Below are positions 15,520 through 30,131 of a stretch of DNA of 64,000 bases, piece after piece. The DNA comes from Eledone cirrhosa (taxonomy: Eukaryota). The position numbers were made by a program, and so were the translations under genes. The notes under the pieces were generated by a model, which saw only the letters and a program-made list of their open reading frames with translations, had not been told where the DNA came from and ran no database searches. The DNA is taken from NCBI GenBank assembly GCA_964016885.1, contig OZ024750.1, positions 25,420,001-25,484,000 on the forward strand, given 5' to 3'. Every line of letters begins with the position of its first letter. The stretch's first letter is position 1.

Positions 15520-15548
15520 GTAAGTTTCATTTCTTTTCTTTACCTCTC

Positions 15549-16250
15549 ATCCTCTTCTTCACCTTCTTACTCCCACACCTCTCCTTCCTCTTCACCCTCC
15601 TCCCCTTCACCTTACTCCCACACCTCTCCTTCCTCTTCACCCTCCTCCCCTTCACCTTACTCCCACGCCTCTCCTTCCTCTTCACCCTCCTCCCCTTCAC
15701 CTTACTCCCACACTTCTCCTTGCTCTTCACCCTCCTCCCCTTCACCTTACTCCCACACTTCTCCTTGCTCTTCACCCTCCTCCCTTCACCTTACTCCCAC
15801 ACCTCTCCTTCCCCTTCACCCTCCTAATCCCACACCTCTTCCTATTCACCCTCCTACTCCCATACCTCTTCCTCGTCGTCAACCTCCTACTCCCACACTT
15901 TCTCTAGCTCCTCTTCACCCTCCTTCTCTCACATCTCTCCATTCATCCTCCTTCTTCACCCTCCTACTCTCACATCTCTCCATTCATCCTCCTTCTTCAC
16001 CCTCCTACTCTCACATCTCTTCATCCATCCTCCTTCTTCACCCTCCTTCTCTCACATCTCTCCATTCATCCTCCTTCTTCACCCTCCTACTCTCACATCT
16101 CTTCATCCATCCTCCTTCTTCACCCTCCTACTCTCACATCTCTTCATTCATCCTCCTTCTTCAGCCTCCTACTCTTCTTCACCCTCCCTCTTCTTCACTC
16201 ACCTCCTCCCACATCCTCTTCACTCTCTTCTTCCTCACCCTTCTACTCAT
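15549..16250. repeat. 39-bp pyrimidine-rich minisatellite decaying into CT-rich low complexity
   Basis: Unit TTCACCTTACTCCCACACCTCTCCTTCCTCTTCACCCTCCTCCCC-like; intronic. Confidence 0.88.
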
Positions 16251-16338
16251 ATATTCTTTTCTTCTTTAATATTTCATATGACTGTAATAATTGAACCTTC
16301 CACAGCAGTTCCCGAACAACGCAGCCATATGCCTTTTC

Positions 16339-17008
16339 AAGGTCGATAAAACAAGAATATACCTCTTCGTAATACTCCTACGATTGTTCATAGACCTGCC
16401 ACAGTGTGAATATTTGGCCGGTTGTGCTGAGTCTGGGGTGAAAACCACACTGTTTATCAGCTAGCTTGGACTAAGGTCGATAAAACAAGAATATACCTCT
16501 TCGTAATACTCCTACGATTGTTCATAGACCTGCCACAGTGTGAATATTTGGCCGGTTGTGCTGAGTCTGGGGTGAAAACCACACTGTTTATCAGCTAGCT
16601 TGGACTAAGGTCGATAAAACAAGAATATACCTCTTCGTAATACTCCTACGATTTTTCATAGACCTGCCACAGTGTGAATATTTGGCCGGCTGTGCTGAGT
16701 CCGGGGTGAAAACCACACTGTTTGTCAGCTAGCTTGGACTAAGGTCGACAAAACAAGAATATACCTCTTCGTAATACTCCTACGATTGTTCATAGACCTG
16801 CCACAGTGTGAATATTTGGCCGGCTGTGCTGAGTCCGGGGTGAAAACCACACTGTTTGTCAGCTAGCTTGGACTAAGGTCGACAAAACAAGAATATACCT
16901 CTTCGTAATACTCCTACGATTTTTCATAGACCTGCCACGGTGTGAATATTTGGCCGGCTGTGCTGAGTCCGGGGTGAAAACCACACTGTTTGTCAGCTAG
17001 CTTGGACT
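16339..17008. repeat. 134-bp tandem repeat, five copies, derived from RT coding sequence
   Basis: GGTCGA unit markers at 16341, 16475, 16609, 16743 and 16877. Confidence 0.95.
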
Positions 17009-17099
17009 ATATGAATCTCTATACCAATGTATTTGTGTTCGGATAATTATAAATAAAGTGTGATAATTGGAAATAAAGTGTGATGATAATCTTAAATAA

Positions 17100-17283
17100 T
17101 TGTTTCTACATTTGGCACAAGGCCAGCAATTATCCAGTGCATTACTGGTACTTTATTTTACCGACCCCGTAAGGATGAAAGGTAAAGTTAACTTCGGTGG
17201 GATTTGAACTCGGAATGGCAAAGGCCGTAACTCTATGCTGCAAAGCATGGCGTCCGACCCTCTACCGATACTGCCAACCCACT
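17100..17283 (-). mobile_element. SINE family A copy
   Basis: Consensus match on the - strand. Further copies at about 17455-17571 (+, 5'-truncated, inside the RT remnant) and 18198-18330 (-). Confidence 0.85.
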
Positions 17284-17777
17284 GATAATTATAAATAATA
17301 GCCTGATAATTGAAAATTTAGTCTGATAAGTTAGTCAGCTTCTTGCTGCCCTGATGTCTCTATACGAATGCCCGAGTGTTTGTGCTAAATCGAAACCATT
17401 CAATGTGGAAATCGGACTCCACCAAGGGTGCGTACTGTCACCTCGCATGTTCTACGATCTGAGTTCAAATCCCGCCGAGGTTAACTTTGCCTTTTATCCT
17501 GACGGGGTCGATAAAATAAAGTACCAGTAACACACTGGGTAATTGCTGGCCTTGTGCCTAAAGTAGAAACAATTATATACATGAACATGAACAGGATTGA
17601 CATGCGCAGCTGGGTTGGAAGTGGTATCAAATCAGTCGGCTGGAATTTGCAGATAGAAGGTGATCTCCGACTTGCACTCGATAGGTTTGGTGCCGAGTGC
17701 AATAATTGGTATTTGTAGATTTAAACCTTGATTTACATTGATTGCCGTTGCAGACGACATGTTAACAATATGGGATA

Positions 17778-18601
17778 TACAGTGAAATTCCGTTATAACG
17801 AAATTCACGGGGCATAAAACAATTCGTTATAACGGGATTGAAAAAAATTTCGTTATACTGAAAAATTCATTATAACGGAATTTTACCTGTATATGTGTGT
17901 GTGTGTGTGAGAGAGAGAGAAGAGAGGAAGAAGATAGTAAGAAAGGGGGGAGAAGAGAGAGAGATAGAAGAGCGATGAAGAGAAAAGGGAAGGAGAGAAG
18001 AGAGAGATTGAACAGGACAGTCAGACAGAGATTCGGACAATGATCAATACTTTGTTCTGAAATTCACCAAAATAGTTCAGATTCTCAAAATATTTTCTTT
18101 TTGTTTTTTTGCGTATAAATGAATTTTTTTTTTTTTTTTTGTCTTTCTGGCCAAGTTACGAATAAATAAATTAATTGATTAAACAATTAAAATAATGATT
18201 TCTAGTATAGGCACAAGGCCAGTAATTTGGGGGAGAGGAAAGTCGATCAATTCGACCCCAGTACATTACTGGTGAATTATTTTATCCACCCCGTAAGGAT
18301 AAAAGGCAAAGCTAACATCGGCGAGATTTAAACAATTAAAATAATAATGATAAATGAATAAATAAATGTATATTTTATTCAATTGAACCTTCAATGTTGC
18401 CTATTTGTAAATACAGGTAAAATTCCGTTATAACGAATACCATTATAACGAATTTTTCAGTATACCAAAATTGTTTTCAATCCTCGAGGTAATAACAAAC
18501 AAACGTTCCATTTGTTTCGGTCGATCTCGTTATAAAGAATTTTTCGTTACAACGAATTTTTTTATACCCTGTGAATTTCGTTATAACAGAATTTCAATGT
18601 A
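17778..18601. mobile_element. Two inverted Tigger/pogo-like MITE copies (17778-17892 and 18412-18601)
   Basis: TA-flanked ends CAGTGAAATTCCGTTATAACGAA / CAGGTAAAATTCCGTTATAACG with internal CGTTATAAC sub-repeats. Confidence 0.78.
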
Positions 18602-18713
18602 TTTCAATGTATTTTCTTTTTCTTCTTCAAGCGTCATGTTTTTTTTTCTTTCCTTTTTTTTTGTGTGTTTTTTTTTTCTTTTTTTAACCTTTTACTTCTC
18701 TCGTCTGTAACAG

Positions 18714-18888
18714 CACCCTGGTTACCAACGAGCCAGTAACTTCCCCAACGATATCGCCATGTTGCAACTAGATGAACCAATTGATATTCAGGACTCCAAC
18801 ATTCGAGTGGCTTGTCTACCGCCATTACAGACAACTGAATTATTTGGAGAAGAAAATTGTTGGATTAGTGGTTGGGGTGAAACCAGAG
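18714..18888 (+). CDS. S1A serine protease exon with catalytic Asp102: HPGYQRASNFPNDIAMLQLDEPIDIQDSNIRVACLPPLQTTELFGEENCWISGWGETR
   Basis: Long pyrimidine tract plus CAG (18711-13) and G|GTAAT donor. Motifs HP.Y, NDIAML, ACLP and CWISGWG. Confidence 0.96.
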
Positions 18889-18929
18889 GTAATGTCCATA
18901 TTTATATTAAAACATAACATTATTAGCTA

Positions 18930-19390
18930 TGGTGGATTGGCAGTATCGGTAGAGGGTCGGAGGCCATGCTTTGACGTATAGAGTTACGGCCCTTGCCATT
19001 CTGAGTTCAAATCCCGCCGAGGTTAACTTTGCCTTTCATCCTTATGGGGTCGATAAAATAAAGTACCAGTAATGTACTGGGTAATTGCTGGCCTTGTGCC
19101 AAAAAGTAGAAACAATTATTAGCTATGTTTGACGATTATTTTACTTGTTTTAGGTCCCTGTTGTATCTAAGGCCATGCTGTAGCAGCAATGTCCATATTT
19201 ATATTAAAATATAACATTGGCTGTGTTTCGACCCTAGTGCATAACTGGTACTTTATTTTATCAACATCGTAGGGATGAAAGGCAAAGCTAACATCAGCGG
19301 GATTTGAACTCAGTACATAAAGGGCCGCAACTCAATGCCGCAAAGCATGCTGTCCGATGCTCTACCGATTACTGCCAATCCACCGCCCTT
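18930..19390. mobile_element. Oppositely oriented SINE family A pair
   Basis: + copy at about 18930-19113 and - copy at about 19225-19390, just downstream of the Asp102 exon donor. Confidence 0.8.
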
Positions 19391-21143
19391 AGCGTAAGAA
19401 TAATATCAGTGTAGGACGTACTTGATGGTTGGATTAATATATGTATGTATAGATGGATGGATGAGTGTGTGTGTGAGGGGGGAGGTCATAGAGGTGCCGT
19501 CGGGATATACGAAGTGTCTTGGGCATTTTCAACATGGTGGAGCTCATCTCTCCAAGTCTAAGCACAACTGATCTCTTCCACAGAGAAGAAGAAGAAGAAG
19601 AAGAAGAAGAAGAAGAAGAAGAAGAAGAAGAAGAAGAAGAAGAAGAAGAAGAAGAAGAAATTGTAACAGTGGATTCGTGTTAGTGAAATAGTGCTTATAG
19701 AAATAAAGAGCTAAGAAATACTAGTGGTAGTAGTAAAGGAAGAAGAAAAAAAAGACCAAAAAGAAAACCAAGAAGAAGACGAAAAAGAAGACGAAGAAGC
19801 AATCTCATCATTTAACTGGTACCTTTCTTAGCTTCTTCGAAAAGATAAAAGGCAAAGTTGACCTTGGTGGGATTTGACCTCAGAGAACAGAAAGCTAGAA
19901 AGAATATTGTAAAACATTCTATCCGACGTTCTAACAACTCTGCCACTTCACCACCTACGTATTTGATATTTCTATATAAAAGACAAGATCCGTAGTTGAT
20001 CGATTTCGCAGAACATTAAATAGACATCTTTAGTCTGAAATATTCCCCATAAGCAAACTAAAAATCATTATGATACTATGGTATCGATCACCGATATGAT
20101 GAAATATTCTTGTAATTTTACGTTTCTTTTGTCGTTGAGGAATATAATCCGTTATTAGAACTGGTTCTTCCATCTGAAGAACTTGTCTTGGCTTTGTCAA
20201 AGATCTCAACGTGAAATTATAACTTTGTCAACCTTATATCACTTATATCATTATATTGTTAACTTTCGTTTCACTCAACGATTTTTGTCTCATTTTTATC
20301 GTCTTCCATCGGTATAGATTTTCTTAATAATGTATATATAAATTCGATATATTTTGATATATAAATTCGATGTATTTCGATATATAAGTTCGATATACTT
20401 CCTGATTAGTTAGAACTTCAAGCTCGCCAGCTATTTCAATGCTATGTCAAGATTTTTTTATTCTTCTGACTACCTTAGTTAGTAAATGATCAGTTGTTGA
20501 AAGCTTGCTTCCGAACTCAGCTAGAAACAGATAACTTTAGAAGGAGAAAACTAAACAGAAACCACAAGTAAATGTACAAATTCTTCAGATGAATATCAAG
20601 TAGGAATACAAATGCATGAGAAGGGTTAAATAATGAACTGATTAACCTAAATATTGATTCGCTATCGATTCACTGAGTTAAAAGGTAATTGACATTATCA
20701 CAGACTGACATTATCAGTAACTGGGGGGAAGAAACGGAGTGAAGAAGAAACATTGGCTCAGAAAAGAGTCAAGTAGATGAAGAGATGTCGGAAAATGAAA
20801 AAAAAATGAAGGCAAGGCAATAATCTGAATATTGAAAAAGAAAATACTTATTAAACTATTAGGAGAAAAAAAATCGGTGAAATATGTCGGGAATCGAACT
20901 CACAACCTAACTATTGTGAGCTTCACACTTTAACAACTAAGCCAAGTACCTTCAGAAGAAACTCCCATGAAACCGTCGAAAACGTAATAAGGTTTTCGGA
21001 AGTAATAAAAAATACAATTACAATTTTATACTATAATGTCGTATAGCTGACTGCATATTGAGGGTAATTATTTTGCCTGCCTCTTTCACAAGTATTACTT
21101 TCATTAATGTATTGCTTTTTATTATCATTATCATATCATCATC

Positions 21144-21194
<51 letters not shown>

Positions 21195-21197
21195 TAG

Positions 21198-21340
21198 GAA
21201 GCGGTGAAACGAATGGTTTGAACGAATTACAAGTCAATATTGTACCAAACCAAGCGTGTAAATCGATGTGGGGTGGAGTGGATATCCATGTTCTAGATCA
21301 ACAAGTTTGTGTTGGATACGGTGACACGGGTGCTTGCTAT
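21198..21340 (+). CDS. S1A serine protease exon: GSGETNGLNELQVNIVPNQACKSMWGGVDIHVLDQQVCVGYGDTGACY
   Basis: TTTAG acceptor and GTAAGT donor at 21341. The phase-1 join gives Gly. Contains the two Cys of the 168-182 disulfide and Cys191. Confidence 0.95.
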
Positions 21341-22307
21341 GTAAGTATTCTCAAGAGAAAATCAAATTAACTCTTGTTTATTCATATTTCACGCTTGAAG
21401 TAATTTGCGCAGTCAGGCGCTCAAGGCCCTTTACAAGCTGAACAATGTGATAAGCAGCCAGAAAACAACATTTGGGTTCTATAGAGGGTTAGTGAAAGGT
21501 ATGTAAAAATCTTTAAGTTATGTTCCAAGCATCAGCTTAATAATGAGAAAGTTAGTTATATTACTAAATCCCTCCAAATTCTTGTTATTTCCAAAATCAT
21601 TTAAAACACACAGGCAGTGCCTTTTATGAGAAATATGGTAAGGAAATGGTTAATGTATTAATGTATTACTTTGGGAGAAATCTAATATCAGTAGGGTTTC
21701 TTTTTCCTTCACATTTGACAGGTCAATAAACGGGTGAAGAGAAATTTGGAGCTGATCTACTTTGGAAAATAAAACACGACTGTAGAAAATTGTTGACAGT
21801 TAATTATTCTGTAGAAGAGGATTTTCTTTTGCCTATCACACGTCTATTTGAATCACATCGCTTTATAAGGCTCCAACTGTTATACAAAGACTTGTCTTTA
21901 TATTCGACAAATAAACTGAAGTAACAAGATCACGAAAGATACGTTAATATATAAATGTATATAGGCTTGAATATATTTACATGTGCAGTCGAAGACACTT
22001 CGACAAAACTTCCCTATCCAATTGATGAACACCTACTGTAAACAGGCCATAAATTGGCTACTCATACTGATGTTAAGGTATTGTTCTCAAAATAAATAAT
22101 ATCAAAATCTCGTACATTCAATATTATGAGATAATTATGTGAGATACCATGAAAATACAATAGTATATATGGAGTAATGTAAATGCTACAGGGTTAAGTT
22201 TATAAATTTCTACCACATTGTACCGGCTTTTTAAAACTTAATAATTTATAACATATCTCACAGGGTTTCGTATTAACTATACTAATTTATATTGTTTCTA
22301 ATTTCAG

Positions 22308-22490
22308 GGAGATTCTGGAGGTCCTTTAATGTGTGAAGTCAATGGAACATATTATCTTGGTGGTGTTATGTCGTGGCTTATCAACAATTGCTCAGCAAGA
22401 GGTTTCCCAAATGTATTTACTCGTGTACAAAGTTACCTTGATTGGATAAACGATAACATTGACTATTATCACTGGTGGAGATATAGTTAG
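22308..22490 (+). CDS. S1A serine protease last coding exon with catalytic Ser195: GDSGGPLMCEVNGTYYLGGVMSWLINNCSARGFPNVFTRVQSYLDWINDNIDYYHWWRYS*
   Basis: TTTCAG acceptor (CAG at 22305-07). GDSGGPL and P.VFTRV..Y.DWI motifs. TAG stop at 22488-90. Confidence 0.97.
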   Translation, partial: GDSGGPLMCEVNGTYYLGGVMSWLINNCSARGFPNVFTRVQSYLDWINDNIDYYHWWRYS

Positions 22491-22639
22491 ATATCCATAT
22501 CGCCTTATATAGATACTCGGAAAATATTATATTGATGAAGGAAAGAAAAACAAACGTTTAATACAGTAGTATTAACAAGAAAGCCAACAAATATTACTAC
22601 TGTTGTATCAAAGATATATTTATGTGTACATAAGAGAAT

Positions 22640-23799
<1,160 letters not shown>

Positions 23800-24159
23800 T
23801 TTTGGTGATTGAATCGATTCACGGATAACTACGTTTTATATATTGCTCTCTTTGAGAAAGAAAACAGAAAACAAAATTAAGTTTAAAATCTAAAGGAATA
23901 GTTTTTCAAAATGAAAAGAAGTCGGCCGGCAATTCCAATATTGTGATATATATAACTGCTGAAGTTATGTGGATAGGTTTAAGGAAGAGTTTCCTTATTT
24001 CATGTGGATGTTGTAAAAATTGCTGTCCCAATGTATTTTAGCGAATTTATTAGACGTTAACTTACTGCATTTTTTTTATTTTTTATTGATTGAAAGTATA
24101 TCTGCCAGTGTGTATGCATGTGTGGGTATGTGTTTGTTTGTAATTTGCAGGTGATACAT

Positions 24160-24213
<54 letters not shown>

Positions 24214-24236
24214 GTGTGTGTGCATGGTGTGTGTAC

Positions 24237-24290
<54 letters not shown>

Positions 24291-24440
24291 CACACATATA
24301 TATACATTTGTATACATATATATATATACATTTGTATATACATATATATATATATACATTTGTATATACACATATATATATATACATTTGTATATACATA
24401 TATATATACATTTGTATATACATATATATATATATACATT

Positions 24441-24479
<39 letters not shown>

Positions 24480-24511
24480 TGGTATATACATATATATATA
24501 TACATTTGTAT

Positions 24512-24570
<59 letters not shown>

Positions 24571-25018
24571 CAAAGACAAAGCTATAATTGATATGCGCTA
24601 AATATATTATGACAGCGCTAAATATATTTATTCTAAAAAAAGATGAAGAAATACAACTAAGACCATCATCACAACTTTAACAAATATAAGTTGGAATCAT
24701 TTCACCGTGTGATATCGTGTGTAAATATTACATTAACCAGTTGAGGAATCCTACAAAGCAGACGATATTTTAACGTTTAACACTTTAAGAAGTTTCATCT
24801 ATTAATAATGTAAAAAAAACAACTATATTTGTGTTTTAAAATAATCAGACTTTCAACTTCTACTTGCACACGTCTCTGGAGATGGATGATGCATCGGTTC
24901 AGTGGGTGGTATGTTGTCTACGCCGTTTGTTCTGTATTATATAGTGTGTGTGTGTGTGTGTTACAGGGTTCTATGATAAACAGAGAATGTATATTTAAAA
25001 CCGACTTTCTTCTTTATA

Positions 25019-25050
<32 letters not shown>

Positions 25051-25684
25051 GTTATTCCGGGTTGAATCGGAGGTAACCACAGTAAGTAAGGTACTCAATA
25101 CATAGCAGAGTATAAAAGTTTTAATATAGATGAGATTCTACAGGACTAGAACTGTTTCATTCTTTAGAAATCATCAGGATTTCTAAAGAATGAAACAGTT
25201 CTAGTCCTGTAGAATCTCATCTATATATATATATGTATGTATATGTATATGTGTATATATATATTCATATATAGTGTATATATATATATACACACATATA
25301 TGCATGTATATATCTGTATGTGTGTGTGTATGTGTATGTGTGTATGTGTATATACCATTGTTTTATAAAGACTTATGAAAACTCTCTAAGCCAAACACAC
25401 CTTGTAATCTTCCGTGGTAAACTGAAATTACAACAATGGAAGTGAATCAGTAAAATCAAGGTGATACTGAATGTTTTCCTCAGCTACTGAGATGTTGTAC
25501 ATCAAGAATATACACCAGATGGACAAACAGTTTCAATGGTGTACTATCAAGAAGACTTCCAATGTCTTTATGGTACAGTTTGGTGCAATACATCAAATGC
25601 TGTACTATCAAGAAGACTTCTGATGTATTTATGGTGCAGTCTGGTGCAATATACCAAATGGTGTATTATAAGAAATCTTCCAAT

Positions 25685-25772
<88 letters not shown>

Positions 25773-25844
25773 CAGTTCACACCTATGCAGGTTTAGCTGG
25801 TCTCCTCCAAGGTATATCTCGTTGGAGGTGTCTTGGGTAATTTA

Positions 25845-26013
25845 ATGATAGGGACCCCAGTCCTGTCATCTCATTTATACAGCTGAATAAACTGGAGGAA
25901 CGTGAAATAAAGTGTCTTGCTCAAGGAAACAACACATCACCCGGTCTGATAATTGAACTCACAACCTTTCGATTGCAAGCCCAATGCTCTAACCACTAAG
26001 CCATGCGCCTTCA
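25845..26013 (-). mobile_element. SINE family B copy
   Basis: - strand reads GCGCATGGCTTAGTGGTTAGAGC...GAGTTCAATT...CCTTGAGCAAGACACTT. Confidence 0.8.
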
Positions 26014-28833
26014 CCTCCAATGTCTTCATGGTGCAGTTTGAAGCAATACATCAAATGGTGTACTGTTAAGAAGTCTTGTAACATCTTCGTAATGCAGTTT
26101 GTCTCAAGAAAATAGATCTGCGGGTCACATGAAAACTGACAGCTACATCATGACACCGCCTATTCTCATTCATCGCAGCTGATACAAGATTTTTTGGCAA
26201 AGAAAGGCATTTCGTTCATTGACCTTGATCCTACTCTCTAGACAGGGATTTCTCTGACGTTTGGCTCTTCCTAAAGATGAAGACGTCATTCCACACGTGT
26301 TTAGAATAGTGGAAAGATCTCTGGGTTAAATGTGTGGAAACATAAGAGCCTGTAACGAAGGGGATTAGCAGTTAAACCCCACCAAGTATGTAATTTTTAT
26401 TTCTCTGTCTAGAGGCGAATACTTTTTGAACAGACATCCAATTTGTATATGTGTGTGTCCGCGCGTGTATGTGTGTACGTGAACTCATAGAATAAGTTTT
26501 GATGAAATAATTTTTATTCTTTTCTGATTTCGTTTTCGGTATAAAAAGAAAACTATTCCCTTTTTTCATAAGGAAAGGAAATAGTCGACTTGTAGACTTA
26601 AGAATACCATATTCCCCAGAACCGTAAATTATTAAACATGATCTACCAATGGTATACATTAAAGAAACCCATGTTTGAAAGCTGATTAAAATATTTAATC
26701 GTTAAATATGTCTAATTAAAATTATTAAAAAAATATTAAACAAAACAAAATATTAAAATTCAGTTTCACTGAGATTGAATCTGTATTTCCTCATTGGAAA
26801 TAAGTTGATTATTTTTGGTTTTGTTTTGTTTGTTGCTATTTTTCTAAAATATATCAAAATGTCCCGTCTTTTTTGTCGTATTCCCTATTTTCTCGGGGAG
26901 AAATGCTTTTATGTCAAGTTGTGTCAAGCTACGTAGTGTTTTATACAGAAGAAACTTTTTAAAAGACAATTTATATATAAAATCTATTGTAAACAGTTCC
27001 ATATTACATGAGCTACTGTACCAGAAAATATTAAATGATCGTTTTAAAGAACACATTGAACATTAATCCATAAATGTGGCAAATACGAAAAATAAAACGT
27101 GTGTGGAAACTAATCTAGTGGAGTGGATTTCAAGACACTCTGGGGTGGACATTCTGGGATGCCAGGGCAGATTTTGACCAACTTCTTTAGTTAACATTTT
27201 TGTTCTTGTTTTGAGAAGAAAAGTTAGTAAAGTCAAAACTTCAAGAAATTTATTTCAGGACTTCTTTTTTTATAAACTCCATTTTCTAAATATGAGAGTG
27301 TACCATTATAACATGGAGGCTAGTACCATCCTGTATCTGCCTTCCCCGACCCTGGTGACAGACACTGTCCTTTTTCCCCGACCCTGGCGAGGGACAATGT
27401 CTCCCTTCCTCAACTCTGGCGACGGACAGTGTCTTTTTTCCCTTACCCTGGCGACGGTGCCAACAATATTCAATATTTATTTCCAAGTAACATGAAATTC
27501 TCCATTCTAAGTTTCCACAATATCAACCACAACTTACAGTCTTACATTACTATGAAACTATCAAGACTATGAAACTGTGTCGGTTACAGAAAAACAAACA
27601 AAATATTTTCTGACACAAAAGATTTCCAGAACATTTATATATTATTATATGGTTGTGTGTCTATAACTTTATGTGTGGCTGCATGTGTGTGGCTATACGT
27701 ATATATGTGTGTGTGTGTGTTTGTGTGTTTGTGTGTGTGGCTATATATCTATATATGTATGCACGGCTATATGTCTATATGTGTGTGTGCGATGTATATC
27801 TATAGGTGTATGTGAAATACGTTTGTATGGGTGTGTGTGCAATACATGTATATGGATGTGTGATACGTGTGTATGTGTATGGGTGTATAGATGTATCCGT
27901 AATGAGTGTGTGTAGATATTAATATATATATATATATATACAAAGAGACTGTGTAACTTTTCACAAGAGTTCAAAGAAATATTTAATAAATTTGTAATTA
28001 TAAAATGCTTTAATAAATTGTTAAAAATTAACACTTACTTCTTTTTGCTTCTACAAAAATTCATGTTCTCCTTTTTTTGCCCACTTATTCCTGAGAGAGT
28101 CGTGGGGGAAGAGTCCTCAAACACTCCTTAATTAAATGCATTTAATTAAGGAGTCATGTTAGAAACAACCGTTTCCAGTTGATCCGGCTGGATCCTTAAA
28201 ACGTGAAAATTCACGTTATTTTTCAAATTTAATTTATATTTGCAAAACATATTCTATGTGTAAAATGTATTTAATTCATAGACGGTGAGATAATTTGGAT
28301 ATTTCTGTAACCTTGACAACCGTTTAGAAATTATTAACACACCAACACTGGATGATGATTAAAGGAGTCAATTTGGCGAAGGCGTTAGAGACTTGGATAT
28401 ATATTCCCGGTCTCTTAGTTCAAATCTCGCAGAGCTCAACTTTGGCTTTCATACTTTCGGGGTCGATAAAGAAAGTGCTTGTGTTGGTGCAGCTTTCTTT
28501 CCTTCTAACTGTCACGTGTTAGAGTCAAGGATAAGCTGAAGTATAATATCCAACAGAACTTGAGGAATGTGCTTCTGGCCGTGATAGGTGAAGGAAAACC
28601 CGTCAAAATGGGACCAGAAGCCCTGTCAGCATATGGTTTGAGTACCTAGGTGATCTAAGGCCAGGTGAAAGGAAAACAGTTTCTGTTCAACGTTTTGTGT
28701 GGGGAGGATGCGGTCTGGTTTTCAAAAACAAAGCAGGTTTCGGTGTCTCACGGAAGATACACACACTAAAATGTGAAGTAAAATGTAAGTACAATTCTTT
28801 TGCCCTCGTGTGTCGAATACGACGAGAGAGCCG

Positions 28834-28895
<62 letters not shown>

Positions 28896-28943
28896 TGTGT
28901 GTGTGTGTCATTTTATAATGATACATACACACAATATATATAT

Positions 28944-29003
<60 letters not shown>

Positions 29004-29130
29004 ATATATATATTGTGTGTATGTTTCATTCTAAAATGACACACACACATATATATGTACACGTGTATGTGTGTGTGCATATATATATATATATACACGT
29101 GTGTGTGTGTGTGTATATATATATATACAC

Positions 29131-29165
<35 letters not shown>

Positions 29166-29168
29166 CAC

Positions 29169-29206
<38 letters not shown>

Positions 29207-29314
29207 TGTGTGTATGTATCATTATAAAATGACACACACAGAGACACACACATATATGTGCACGTGTATGCGTGTGTGCATATATATATAAATATATATG
29301 TATATATATATATG

Positions 29315-29368
<54 letters not shown>

Positions 29369-29369
29369 A

Positions 29370-29453
<84 letters not shown>

Positions 29454-29803
29454 CTGCGGTCTCCAACCACAGCCCGGCTCCATCAACCCAATGTCAACAG
29501 CTGGGAAACCTCAAGCCTGCCCAGCTAGCCAACTTGCTGAGAACGGAAGAAATAGATGCACCAGGCTGGATGTCTTGTGTAATGTTGCTTTCCGCCGCCC
29601 GGGTTCATGCCAACTATTCCCATATACACCGACTGTATTTACCTCCAGTAAAACGCACAAAAAACCCGTGTATCACGCTTCAAATCAGTCAGGTGATCCA
29701 TTGTTCGCTTTTTTCCTCGCTTTCTTTTGTAGATCTGGGAAGCAGTGTTTCGAATTCGAGTGATACCATTTGCAGCTGATTATTGACTTTACAATCTCCT
29801 TCG

Positions 29804-29851
<48 letters not shown>

Positions 29852-29853
29852 CA

Positions 29854-29952
<99 letters not shown>

Positions 29953-29982
29953 ATATATGTGTATATATATATATATATACAC

Positions 29983-30099
<117 letters not shown>

Positions 30100-30131
30100 A
30101 GATCAAAAGATGGTTAAAGGAGTTCCATGTA

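Larger units (their letters stand above)
16296..17709. mobile_element. Decayed RTE-like non-LTR retrotransposon reverse transcriptase, 5' part inverted and tandemly amplified, with SINE insertions
   Basis: - strand 17008-16296 gives KQCGFHPGLSTAGQIFTLWQVYEKS*EYYEEVYSCF(V/I)DLEKAYGCVVRELLWKV. + strand 17333-17709 gives QLLAALMSLY...SKPFNVEIGLHQGCVLSP...IIYMN...RLEFAD...DLRLALDRF. Confidence 0.88.

Noticed and set aside
15520-16269. Ser/Pro-rich 274-aa ORF
   Set aside because: Only the first 25 codons belong to the protease exon. The rest is read-through into a pyrimidine-rich intronic minisatellite after the GTAAGT donor.
20945-20985. CAGAAGA...GAAACCGTC hammerhead-like string (similar weak cases near 20174, 26271 and 45300-45340)
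   Set aside because: The cores are mutated or the helices do not pair, so they cannot be told from chance.
29455-29800. GC-richer island between TA tracts as a possible exon or ribozyme element
   Set aside because: No recognisable protein motif, splice pair or intact hammerhead core; probably an unclassified repeat fragment.
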